A stretch of DNA of 64,000 nucleotides from Daphnia carinata (lineage: Eukaryota): the NCBI RefSeq assembly GCF_022539665.2, contig NC_081331.1, positions 9,548,001 to 9,612,000 on the forward strand, given 5' to 3'. The first letter of the stretch is position 1; the number at the start of each line of letters is the position of its first letter. This document shows, piece after piece, positions 52,201 through 64,000 of this stretch. The notes beneath the pieces were generated by a model that saw only the letters and a program-made list of their open reading frames with translations, had not been told where the DNA came from and searched no databases. The position numbers and the translations under genes were made by a program.

Positions 52201-55191
52201 CACGTTGTCAATGGCCGACTTCAGCATGGAGCACACCTGTCGAACAACGACATCCAACGCAGCCACTTTGCTTCTAATGGCGCTTTCTTTCTCCAACTGG
52301 ACGCGGATGGCCTCTTTCTGTTTAGGAGACATTTCGGGGGCTTTCTTCTTGCCCTCTCGTATACGTTTCTCTTCCAGTTCTCGGATGAGCTGCAACTCCT
52401 CCATCTGCTCTTTGTACGAATAAGCACGCGATTCTCGCTTGATGTTTCGAGCAGCTTCTTCTTTCGCATTCTCCAAGACGCTTCTGTCGTAGAGTTCACC
52501 TTCTGGCGTTAAGAAAGTGAAGTAATCGTCGCGAGTGACTCTCAGCAACTCTTCTTGACTCAACGTGGCGCTTATGGCGTCTAGCACGTCCTTGATGGTT
52601 TCTTCGGGAGCCAATTTCATGAGTCCAGACAAAGATGCCTCTGGCCACGATCCCGGTTTGTGGTTCTTGATCAATTCCTCCTTTAACTGGGCGTAGCATC
52701 GACTCACGAGGGCTTTAGGGACCTGTCCAAAGTGTTTGACGATATAATACCAGCACAGAGGCTGAACGGAAGCAATGGCCGGATGATGAGCGGCTTTGAA
52801 ACATGCTACAGCCAATTTATTATAATTCTCCTGAGATCTTCCCTTCAAGGAGGTGATGGTCTGCAAGCAGAATATCAGCGAATTGGCGTCCGTTTCGTTC
52901 AGAGTTGCAGACAGCACACCAGTTGTATCGCCCTCTTCGCGATTTCGGATGCCACTAACGACTTTGGCCGTGTGCAGGAAAATGGTGAATTCAGCAATCA
53001 ATGCCAGCGAACGATCAAGAGTTGTCTTGACGGTAGGAGGGAGAATCTTTTTCACCGCTGAAGCTGCCCGTGTGCGAAGAGAGAAATTCGGTCTGGTAAG
53101 TGCAAGAATGATTGCACGGAAGTAGGGCGCCGCTTTATCACCAATCCGTTGTTCGTGAGTGACAAAAAGCGATTCGCAAAGCAAGACAACTTCGAGCCAG
53201 GTCTCTTCGTTGTACGAAGACAACATCTTTTCGTTGACAAATAACAGTTTATCTGTATCTGAAAGAATGGTCCACAACGGACCACACTGGCTTGCCGCCT
53301 GGAAATATATTACACTTTAATAGGAGCTCTAATTTAGTAAAGGAAATTGATGATTACCTTCTCATCTAAGCTGGCGCATCGCAACAGCAGCGTAGCGGCT
53401 GATAAGCCCTCTGAAACGATAGCCGCTTGTGTGGGCTGTGCAGCTGCTCGTTCCAGGGATTTCAACAGGACAGGGATCAATTCAATTCCTTGTGGTAAGC
53501 TTTCACCGTGTAACGAGGCGGCCATGCATCGAATATACCCTGTTCTTACTGCGGGTGTGGATGTTTTCAACGTCATGCCTTTCTTAAACATTTCCATGAG
53601 CGTTTTTGGGATCGCAGCAGCGAACCGATTAGCCCATAAAAGCAACGAAGAAAGGGCTCGGATAAGGGTTCCCTCGTGGACTTCTGTTTCCAGAATTTTG
53701 ACGAAATGTTCTGCGGCATCGCAGCTCAACTGGTGGGCACCTTTCCCAGTTACGCAATGCTTGCTCAAGTGACCGATACCTTCAAGAATGGAGATCTTGT
53801 GCGAGGAAAGAGTCAACTTTCCTTCTGATCCTTGCAGAACACCAAACAACAGGTTGAGCAGATTGCGAACTGCAGTTGCCTCGCTGCATTGCTTGGCCAA
53901 GGCCTCTGTTGCAAAGGCTGCCTCTTCACGTGTAAGATCCTCTTTCGAATGGAGGCATGTGGCTATTGGTTTGGCCAAATCAGCGGCATAAGCACTCAGA
54001 TCAATAGATACAGAGGCAAGCACTTGACCAACACACCCAAGAATGATTTCCGGGCTTCTGAGCATGGCTTTAAGCAAAGCTGGAAGGAGCAGGCCTTTGA
54101 AATCGTCGTGTGTCAGGAGCTTCAAAAACGGCTTACACTGCTCCACGAAGTAAGTGTCTGGCTTCACTTTTGTGGTGATTGCTACTTTGATGAAGGAGTC
54201 TAACAACGATCGTCTCATTGACGATAATAGCTCGGCATTCTTATTGGCTTGAACAAAACTTAAGACTGCGCAGCTCAATACCAAAGATTGGAAAGATGTT
54301 TCAAGCTCACACAAGGCTTCCCAGTACTTCACTTCTGATCCGGGAATTTGTTTCCACCCCTGCACCAATCTTGAAAAGGTAATACAAATATAATTATTAA
54401 GGTTAAATTAAAATATTTGATTCCATACTTGTGGTATGCTTTTGCGGACATCTTTTTGGATCTGGAAGCCAAAATACTAGTGTATAGACATGATTGGGCT
54501 TCTACCAACTTCTGGAACGAAACACCTTTACAATTTGAGGCATCTTTGAATCCATGAACCAGTACTTTATAGGACCAATCAAAGGCAGCAAGCAGTTCCT
54601 TTGCCAAGGTGTCCCTTTATTGTAGTAGTCAACAGATGAAATAATAATTTTTAATTTTAAAAAAATTTTATGTCGAATTTGCTTACGATGATGCAAGATT
54701 TTTATAGGCTGTAGAATACACAGCCAATGTGTTGGAGAGATGTTGAACTGTTGCTGCATTGTGGTGTTTCAGTAATGTAAGTATGAAATCTTGTACCAAT
54801 TTTCTTGAAGAATTCTTGTGGTACCTCGGTAGAGTGAAGATTAAAACTCTACACACTCCTTTAATTACACCTTCACTAACATCTTTGGAAAAATGATTAA
54901 ACGAACACAATTACTATTTTTAAATAAAGAAATTTTAAGCAAAAGTTCTAGTAATCTACAGAATTATTGTATTTTTAATATTTTTTATTTACCAGAAGAT
55001 GTGTCCGAGAAAGCATCGTTAAGCGCTTTAAATACTTGAATACGTTCCACATAGCTTGCTGATTGTACCCTCAGCGGTAAGTCTTTCAACGCTTTCGCTA
55101 ACTATAAAACAAATTATCCAAGAATTGTCAGAAAATGTCATTAAAAAGAAAAATTATTGATCATGTGGAGACTTACCGGTTTGTCATCCAT
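46224..55191 (-). CDS. GCN1: eIF2-alpha kinase (GCN2) activator GCN1, HEAT-repeat protein, multi-exon
   Basis: ATG at 55191 (MDDKP|LAKALKDLPLRVQ). Large exons match ORFs 53334-54368, 49930-53277, 49373-49870, 48280-49110 and 46224-48275, with GCN1 signatures RESRAYSYKEQ, HREGALFAFEQLC..LGRLFEPY, WRTKTGSVELLGAMAYCAP, SSVDRSGAAQGLSEV, NWRIRYSSIQLLGDLLY and ITGPLIRILGDR. Stop TAA at 46224. Confidence 0.96.
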
Positions 55192-55220
55192 CGTGCTACA
55201 GACAATCTATTGATAACTAC

Positions 55221-55277
55221 AATCGATATTTAACCTTCTCTTACTGATCGATTTCCAGGTTATATGTTGATCGATTA
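55221..55277. promoter_or_regulatory. Cluster of DRE-like (ATCGAT-core) elements, GCN1 promoter
   Basis: Minus-strand TATCGATT at 55221-55228 (7/8 match to TATCGATA) plus two more ATCGAT cores near 55247 and 55270, all within 90 bp of the GCN1 ATG. Confidence 0.55.
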
Positions 55278-55392
55278 ATGGAAAGCAAGTTTTACGTGAT
55301 TCAAAAATATTCGTATGAATGTGTTTGAAATATCGTTTATTTAAAGAAAACAATGTGCAATCAGTAATAGTACTATCAAGCTCATCTGAAGA

Positions 55393-57596
55393 TTACCAAC
55401 TGCTAAAATTTCCGAATGAATAGCTAGCAGATGTTTTAGCTTTTTTCGGTTGAGAGCTGTTACTGGAATCAGCTCCTACCGCATCGCCGGGCCTGCAAAA
55501 TAAAGAAGAACGTCTAACAATGTTCCCGGTAAATATGAGTATATACAAATATACTTGTTGAAAACTTTTGGATTGATATATTTTCCTACACCAGATTGTT
55601 TGAAAGCCTTTAGTTCGGCTTTAGGAATAGAGGCCTTAGCTTCCTTTAACTGCTTTTCAGCTGCTTCTAGTGCCGCGGCCCTTTCAACCACCAACTGAAA
55701 ACAAGCGCACATAGTTAGCTCAATGTTAGAACTTAATTGAACTTACTTTATTTCTTTACCTTTTCATCTACTTCGGCATACGGATCAGTGAATATCTGTG
55801 CAGATTCAATTAAGATATCTTCTACGGGCCGGTCTTTGTTGTCTGTGCCTATGCGTTCCATAGCACTTAGGGTTTCCATTCCACCAACGACGCGGCCGAA
55901 TATGGTGTGCTTCCCATCGAGATGTTTACAGGATCGATACGTAATGAAACTGCCGATTGAAAGAGCCAGTTTTATTTGTGATTTCCGTGTGAAAATGTTA
56001 TAAGCCAAGCATTCGTACTTACAACTGAGATTTATTGGTGTTGGTTCCTGAATTGGCCATGGATAAAATACCCCGGCCGGTATGAGATAGGTTCGGCTTG
56101 AATTCGTCTTCAAATGATCCTCCCCAGCAAGACTCACCACCAGTACCGGTACCAGTAGGATCACCTCCTTGAATCTTTGTAACAGTTTATAAACCTCCGA
56201 AAAACACACTGCATTACATTCGTTACCATAAAATGCTTGATCGATCTATGGAACTTCGTATTATTGTAGTAGCCTTTCTTGCACAAGTTTACGAAATTCT
56301 CACACGTTTTTGGAACCATGTCACAATGCAATTCCAGGTTCACGGGTCCAAGATTGGTGGCCAATCTAACATAACCTAAAGAACATCGATACAAGAAATA
56401 TGACGGTTCAGAAAAAAAAAAACAGGTATCTAACCTTTTTTCTTAATACGTTGATATCGAACAATGTTTTCGTCAAGAATCGCTGGTTCATGGGTAGTTT
56501 CTGGCATCATGACCGTAGACGTAAAACCGGCAGCAACGGCACCAGTGGAATAGTGAGCCTGACATACCCAAATAAAAAGAAGTAAATAGACAAAGAGCGT
56601 GACAAATGAACAACGAAATTTAACTGTAATAATACAGATGAATGAGTTACCGCATTAATGGAATCTGCCACTTTTTTTACGACTACGGTCTCTTCCGGGG
56701 CCGTATAGTCTTTTTCTAGTTGCTCTAGAACTCCCTTCGTTTCAGCGTTAATGTATTTGAGGCGCGCGGCAGGGTCGGTTTTTGCCCGTATAAGTTCTTT
56801 TAAAATAATGCCATATTACAACTGATTAAACTTATATGCTCCTATGGTATGTACAGGAGGAAAAATACCTTCATCTTCAATTTTCTGATCATTTTTTACA
56901 TGATGAAAATTTGCAATATTAAACTTTTCTAGATGGGATGGGTCTTGAAGGGTAATTATGTCTTGACGAGTGAAAGGCTCATCTGTCAACAACTCTTTGA
57001 AGTTCTTAGGTTTCAAATTAAGCTGCTCTACCGCTTCATAAGAAAAAACATTGCCAGTTGTTCTGATGGCCACAATATGTGATTTGTCAGTAAACTGTTT
57101 GAACAATACTGGGCAATGGTAGGCTCCTTCTGCATTTTTATGGTAATTCAGTTTAAGAAGATGCTTGCTTTCTAATGGCTGATGAGAAAAGAAAACATTT
57201 TTGAATACATTGTTTTTGCAATGGGTAAGACTTTAAGTAAAAAAATATATATAAGAGCTGTATGCTACATTGAATGCTTACTTTTCCTGTTACTGGATTG
57301 GTTTTGTATTTCTTCAGGTAAGGAACTATAGCAAGAAGATCAAAAACATGACCTTCAGTGTCACAAAGGGGATTTTCAAAGAGCTGAAGTGACAAAGCAC
57401 AATGGTCAAATGGAAGGCGGCGAAAAGAAGCACTGGCACTATTAGGATTGACAGGTTTCTTTCCTCCATACAATGTGCTCCATTCTGTACTTGTCAAGTA
57501 CCTATAAGTTTAATGAATCTATATTATTTGAATTTTGGTACACTGTGTAAACAAATAAATATACATTTTATCTTTCTGATGTTGTCGTTTTCCCAT
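55393..57596 (-). CDS. PPIL2: Peptidyl-prolyl cis-trans isomerase-like 2 (Cyp60; U-box plus cyclophilin), multi-exon
   Basis: N-terminus [67 protein letters not shown]; cyclophilin core [47 protein letters not shown]-terminus FGNFSSW followed by TAA at 55393. Confidence 0.96.
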
Positions 57597-57990
57597 TTTT
57601 GGTTTAGTGTTTTGCTTTGACGGTGTAAAAGGTACGGGAAAGCTTCACGTTAAAGAATGGTTGATTATGTTCTTGTGTTTGGTTCTTTCTTTTGCTTTTC
57701 ACTTTAATCGCTTTATTCACTTCAAACCAAGCTAACCAATAATCACGAAATGAAAATCAAACGAAGACACCTTCTGCTAAAATGCTTTGTTGCCTGATCG
57801 CATATTCTTTTGTAGGTAGAATCGAATGATGGCAAGGGCATAGAATTTATATTCAAAATATATTTGTTTACGAAAGCACAAAAAAATTAGATAATTAATG
57901 ATTATTTATTGTTTTTCCATTAAAATGTTACTAAATTTGTTCAAGCATTGTGAATCTGGCAACGGAATGAGGTATTGCCCTATTCTGTTT

Positions 57991-58044
57991 TGAAAGCTTT
58001 TTAAACGTTTTGAAACGTTTCGAACGTTGAACGTTTCGAACGTG
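57991..58044. repeat. Short tandem array of AACGTT-type palindromes
   Basis: tgaaagcttt ttaaacgttt tgaaacgttt cgaacgtt gaacgttt cgaacgtg, upstream of PPIL2. Confidence 0.6.
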
Positions 58045-58497
58045 TACAGAACAAAAGCTGTTTTCAGTAATGCAGTAGGCAAGGGGTAGAGAGGAGTGTT
58101 GGGTCGTAAAAGTACTGTGCCGTTATGTTGGTGGTGGAAATATCATGCAGGTGATTTATTATGGCCATTAGGATAAAGACAGAATCATTAGTGAATTATG
58201 ATTTTACTCCGGTGCAGTATAACTGTGACTTGAAACCCAGTTGGCTATACTACTCGCCCTTCCGGCTCATTTCATCTTTAAATAAACTGTTGTTTCTGTT
58301 CTCCAACTGCCTTTGGATTGTTCAAGCAAGCCACCGGTGAAAACCATGCATCCTTTAGTTTTAGTAGTGTACATTCATCTGATCGTACACCTCGCAATCT
58401 AAGTCATCAGTAAGATCGATCCATCATCGGCTTCTCCTTGTAGGCTTTAATTGGCCTCGAACAGGCAATCCTTACAGTCAATGCTCTTTGTATGTAG

Positions 58498-59304
58498 ATT
58501 GAAATTCAAGGTACAAGAACGCGTAAACCGGTTGAACGAGTACGTCTTACACTACGAAACTCTCGACTATATTGCGGACGCCATTGTTGCCCAACAGAAT
58601 CGAAATAGACAAAGTGCGGTCGGCAGAGAAGAAGAATCATATCTTCGGCTCCGTTTTCGCAACCACGGAAAACATTTTCATTTTAAAACAGAAAAGGGAC
58701 ACATAGACGTTCAGTTCTGGCGTCCAATTTGTATCTCATAAAAGCCATCCGCTGGACGTCGATACCTCGCATCTCTACGAAGACACCTCCAAGGTGAGAA
58801 CCACAAATCTTGTAGCACTAGTTCACTCACTAATGGTCTTTTCCATACGGTTCTCATAGGCAAACCAAAGAGCATGGTCTGTGGAGTGATCATTGATGGT
58901 ATCTTCGATGGCGACATCCATAGCGAAGATGGCGTCCTCTACGTTGAAAAGGCAATCAAATACTTTGCTGGCAACAGCAGGACTGCCAAATTTCATCGTC
59001 GCAATTCATTTCGATCTATCATCTACAATGAAGTGCACGTCCTCGATCGGTATGAAGAACATCGCACAGGTATTTGGCTACATTTGGCATGTGTCTCTTT
59101 TCCTACTGATTATCTAAACCCAAATGGAATTTTTCACGTTTCCTTTTCCGTCCTTCCTTATGTGATTTATAGGACAAGTGGACGGTTGCGGTGTGACCGA
59201 TGGAGTGGCCGCCTGGATGGACGACATTCAGCACGGAGCAATTGTCGAGAAAACCTACGAAATCAACAAGACCCCCCTTTTTGCACGTTGGATATTTAGG
59301 TTAG
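58498..59304 (+). pseudogene. ADAM10/Kuzbanian-like prodomain fragment (three exons), truncated and disrupted
   Basis: RLNEYVLHYETLDY..YLRLRFRNHGKHF, then a frameshift, KRDT*TFSS..LDVDTSHLYE, intron, SMVCGVIIDGIFDGDIHSEDGVLYVEKAIKYF..SIIYNEVHVLDRYEEHRTG, intron, QVDGCGVTDGVAAWMDDIQ (cysteine-switch region). No HEXXH metalloprotease exons were seen in the window. Confidence 0.85.
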
Positions 59305-59789
59305 ATGCCTTCGTAGGTCGACGACGTGCACTTTCTTGTAGATGAAAGAGCGATATGAATTGTAACGATGAGATTTGGCGGTTGTGCTATTGTCAGCAAA
59401 GTATGTGATTGCCTTTTCGACGTAGAGGACGCCATCTTGGCTATGGATTTTGCCATCGAAGATACCATCAATGATCGGTCCATAGACTATGCTTTTTGGT
59501 TCGCCTATGATGGCTTTTATGAGATACCACCTGGACGTCTGAGCTGAATGTCGATCTTTCCCTTTTCAGTTTTAAATGAGATGCTTTTCCATGGCTGAAA
59601 AAAGGGAGCCGAAGATACGATTCTTGTTCTCCTCCAACCGCACGTTGTCTATTTCGACTTTGTTGGGAATTAATAGCGTCCGCATTGCATTCGAGTCTCG
59701 TACTGACGGAAGTACTTGTTCTAACGGTTACCCGTTTTTGTACCCTTGAATTTCAATCAACATATATAGAGCAATAAAGAAGGTAAGGA
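59304..59789 (-). pseudogene. Second, inverted ADAM10/Kuzbanian-like prodomain fragment
   Basis: The reverse complement aligns with 58469-58749 and 58855-59063 (for example gatcattgatggtatcttcgatggc and gatggcgtcctctacgt.gaaaaggcaatca). It has frameshifts and an internal deletion joined at a CAT microhomology. Confidence 0.85.
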
Positions 59790-61043
59790 CAAATTGGACT
59801 TTACCCACAACATTGACCACATCGGGCCAAAGTTTTTCTAGTCAGAAGCTTTTTTCTTCTTCATAGTATACCATGCCATGCATTCCAATCGCGATTTGCA
59901 AATTCAAAAATCGCAAAGTTCAATGAGCGGGAAAAAAGTTCTTAAGCTCAATCTCTGATTGACTGAAAGATGTGAGAAATATTGACAATGCATAGCATAC
60001 CGAGAAGCGTGTAAAGCTTTAGCTAAGCGCTGTATGCATCGTTTAATGCAACAAAACCATTGTTCTATACTTATTTTGCCTAAATTGTTTCAGATGAATA
60101 AAATTACAGTGTTTTGGACATAAAAGAAAAGGGCACGTTACCTTCATGAAGAAGCAAGACAAACACTGTTTACGTTATTTATAACTTAAAAAAACAAAGT
60201 AGCCTCAGATGTAGGATAGCAGAATCTCCACCCATGCTGATAAAAGGTTAGAAAACGTCAAGTTATGTAGATGCTAGCAGTATATGCAGTTAGAAAATGC
60301 ATTATACATCAAGAAATCGGATGGCTACAAGAAAAGTTCGGGCGTATAAAGAAAACAAGCAGGCCTTTAAGGAAGATAAGCGTGTCTTCTATGGTCTCAT
60401 GCCTGGCATCTATTAATTATGCAGTCAGAGGTGTGCAGAATGCATATTTAAGCGAGCAGGCTTGGCTGCGCTCTTAACGGAGGATATCGTGGATCCTGTC
60501 TTCTTATCGAAGGTAACGAATCGGACAGAAACTTAGTCGACCTCAGCAACATTTCTTTACGATGCCAACACAATCTGATTCCATCTGCCTTAGCTATCGG
60601 ATCGTACTTGACGGCTGACTTGGATGAACTCTTGACAAATATTAATACAAGTCCGATGGCTATCGACGTGTTTCGGGAGGTTCAGGTATAGAGATCTACA
60701 AATCGTTTCGACCATGTCCACTCTGTAGATAGACTAGTAAAAATGATGAGGTGACATGGCCGTTTCTATGGAAATGTCCCTTTCTGTGTATTTTCACACT
60801 CACATCAAACTCGGATGGGTGGGTTGACAGTAACTTGTTTTACTTTATCTTTCCTTTAAGCCACTCTGACAGTCAAACATCGTTAGTAAAAACAAAAAGA
60901 CGAAGATTGTACGTTCGAACAAAAAAATTGAGAAATAATTAATGTGGTAGCGTAACAAATTTAAGAAGATTTTTGTTATAAAAAAAATGATTAAAATCTT
61001 TTCGTTTTTATGCGATGATCCCTTTCTTTTTCATGTTTTTGAG

Positions 61044-61685
61044 CTAAACGAAAATTAAAAGGGCGTCTTCGGTGCACGAACAAGCTGAACTGGAAACCTC
61101 CTGCGATTCATCCGGACGTCGGAGCCATTTGCCATGGCATTCAACGTTGGTTAATGAAGTCCATCGGGTAATTCTACCTGGCACGCCGTGACCACCGCAA
61201 CGACCGCCCAGGTAGTCACGTGTAGCCCTGTGTTCGCATCGGACGCAAACGACGCCACCTGCACAGCATCCAAATCAATAACAAGCCAGATAAAAAAAAA
61301 TGAAATTTACATTTCTATGGTTCTTATAGGATAGCAACATTAATTGAAATTACCGTCGTGAAGAGTGCTGAAGACTTTCTCTTTATGGCAGGCCTTGGAC
61401 ACTTTGGTGAGCTCGAAAGTCACGCAGTAACTGAATAATGCATCAGAGACCGTTTGATTTTATGGATAATTTAGCATGTCGTAAATATGCATATATGTTG
61501 TATAGCTAATCGTTTTGCACAGAAAAATAGTTCTCTTAACACATTTGGTGCCTCACTCATTGGTGGAGTCTTCCGAATGCTCCTGGGCTAACTCGGCGTT
61601 GCGGAAACGCAGATTCTTGCGGATGTCGTGGCTATCGTTCATCCGACGACTGGCACCAAACGAAGCTGGCAGCAGCATGGCCATC
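61044..61685 (-). CDS. Hypothetical spliced coding fragment, product not recognised
   Basis: Three segments (61557-61685, 61354-61430, 61044-61258) bounded by GT-AG join in frame: MAMLLPASF..DIRKNLRFRNAELAQEHSEDSTND|YCVTFELTKVSKACHKEKVFSTLHD|GGVVCVRCEH..LLIFV*. No family motif recognised. Confidence 0.3.
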
Positions 61686-64000
61686 TCTGTTCGTGATGAG
61701 AATACAGAAGTTAGTAACAATACAAAGACATGGAGTAATATGTTTCGAGAAATACATCCACAGAGCGTAAATTGTTAACTGTGCTGACCCTAAACTCCCT
61801 TTCTTTTCCGACCCCACCATGTGTCCATAATGCAAGGTATATTGTGTGTTTGGTAACATAAACTGGAACGCTATACTTCCTCACGTTTTCTTCTTGCCCA
61901 ACGTTGGCGCATTGTTTTCAGCTATGACAGTGCATCCGTCAGAGCCGAATATATTAACTTACCAAAACAAAACAAAAAATAGCTAAACACAAAAGAAGAG
62001 GATAGTTGAATGGTGGAAGAAATAACACAAACTTCATGGACAATATCGCATTCCATGAAATCGCGTGTTTACCAGCCATAAAAAAATGCGCGCATAATCC
62101 CGATAACTGTAGGCCTACATAATAACACACCTGCAGCGAGGGCTGATGCTCTCGTGCTGCAATTAAATTACCTGTGTAGAACAACACTGGCACGAATGTG
62201 TCATTTCGTGTAGGTATTAACGTCTGTTTTCCCTGCGTATTACATAGCAATCCATACGAGTAAAGAGTAGATACAAATGTAGTAAGTTGAAGGAACGCGG
62301 AAATGCGTTGAAAAGTTGTGATGGATGGAGTTGTCCCACTGCGCAACCCTTTCTAAAAGGTTACATGTGGATATTACCCGACAAGTTGAGAGAAGCGACT
62401 CGTCGGAGACTGCGGGAGATCGCTAGAAAAAAAAAGTTGGGAGTTCACCTGCTGGTTTTCTTTGCTGTAAACAACAGAGACAACATCCTGACTGAAGAGA
62501 AAACGGAAAACTTTTAGACGTTGTTTACAGAAAATCTAAAGTCATATAATTCCAATTGGAATTTATTATTCAGACTATAATTTGATAAGAAAAGGAGATA
62601 GATACGACAAAAGACGGGGAATTCTTTTCTTTATTTACTTCCTTGATCGAATGATAATTTCTTATATATCAATCGGGCGCTATGAGCTTTTCATTGTTAG
62701 ATATACAATGGAGGAGACTTTTTTTTTTTTTATCTTTGATCAACTGCAAAGGAACAATCTGACAAAAGACGTAGATAATGAAATTGAGAATTGGAAATGA
62801 TCTTTCTCTTTTTTTCGAGGGGGATTTCTTATCAAATTTAAATTTTATCATCGTACCCAAATAACCACCCTGTACACAATAGCCTTTCTCCTTCTTCGGC
62901 ATCCATAGCCAGAAACGAAAAAAAAGGCTTGTAAATATTGTATAGACATCAGGCATATTCATTTTTGAATAGGCAATAAAAATTGTAACCAATGGAGGCC
63001 TCGAGGGCCGTACGCTTTTGGGCTACTTTCGTGATATATTCTAACTGGATTTTTATTTTTTTTTTTACGATGCCCTTTGCGACCCAGGGTGTGCATAGGG
63101 GCATTCCGAGTTTGTGTCAGTAGGTCATTGCTTCGTCATTTCTCAGCTATGCAGCTAATGCTATTTCCCATTTTATCCTACGTGTATAGGCGACCATGAC
63201 CCTCATCATTAAAACGTTAACTTTCGTCTCCATTTTGTGCCAATAGACGGTAGGCTTTTGGGCACGCACATTTCTACGGACTTGGTACAAAAAGGCGGAC
63301 CATCTAAAAAAATAGTGACTCTTCCGGCGAGTTTATAAATGTCGACACGTTGGACTGCGAATTCTTTTGTATCATGCACTATAGATGAAAGGCTCTACGC
63401 TGTGCTAGTAGATCATCAGCCCAATCCTTTTTGCTCAATGCAGCCCGGAACGAAAGGGGCAGTAGAGCGTTGACATGAAGAGCGACATCAGCAACGCTGC
63501 GCATCCGATTCTTCCCAGTCCAATTACTATCGTCCTCAAGTAGAATGTTAGAAAGCGCAGCGCATCCCATACATAGTCAAGCTAATACTGAATTAAAATA
63601 CTTCAAACTGTAAAGTAAAAACAAAAAGTAAGGTTTTAAAAGATACTGGGTGGTGCTAAATTTACAACAATTACAGAGACATTTTCTTGTTTGTTTGGAT
63701 CATAGTTTTAACGAGAAAGACCGAGGGCTGGTGCGCTGTAGATTGTAAGACCTTGTCCTATGTCTGGGCACACACACATGGTATATACGTCATCATTGTT
63801 CTCTTGAACGCCAGCGCATCATTCCGCCCAATTATCTCGTCGGGATAAGAGAGCACCCTGTTAGCTGTATCGATCAACTGCTTTTCTCTAGTACTCGTGA
63901 GAATCGTGATTCAGACCCGCGTTTTGTCCGAAATAGCTTCCTCTTTACTCTACGATATTTTGTAAAAAAAAAAAAAAAATATAATTTAAAGTATATCAGC

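Noticed and set aside
57991..58044. Heat-shock element
   Set aside because: The spacing does not fit alternating nGAAn/nTTCn units; recorded only as a palindromic repeat.

Overview
Eukaryotic, intron-containing arthropod DNA. The short GT-AG introns and gene content suggest a branchiopod crustacean such as Daphnia, which is an inference. From left to right: (1) a tandem array of three minus-strand trypsin-family (S1A) genes, each carrying a long Thr/Pro/Lys mucin-like insert inside the protease domain. Copies 1 and 3 are disrupted, and the only intact copy (2) has lost the catalytic Ser (GDGGGP). (2) A full-length BEL/Pao LTR retrotransposon (5044-11656; 497-bp near-identical LTRs, ATCAG target-site duplication, tRNA-Tyr PBS) with a broken gag-pol, inserted at the predicted poly(A) site of copy 2. 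(3) TTC28 (TPR-CHAT, minus strand), with a small first coding exon about 10.5 kb upstream. (4) GCN1 and (5) PPIL2, both minus strand and tightly packed. (6) Two degenerate ADAM10/Kuzbanian prodomain fragments in inverted, tail-to-tail orientation, a candidate long hairpin-RNA (endo-siRNA) locus. (7) Weakly supported exon fragments near 60.5-61.7 kb. All alignments and counts were done by eye, so exon limits and counts are approximate.
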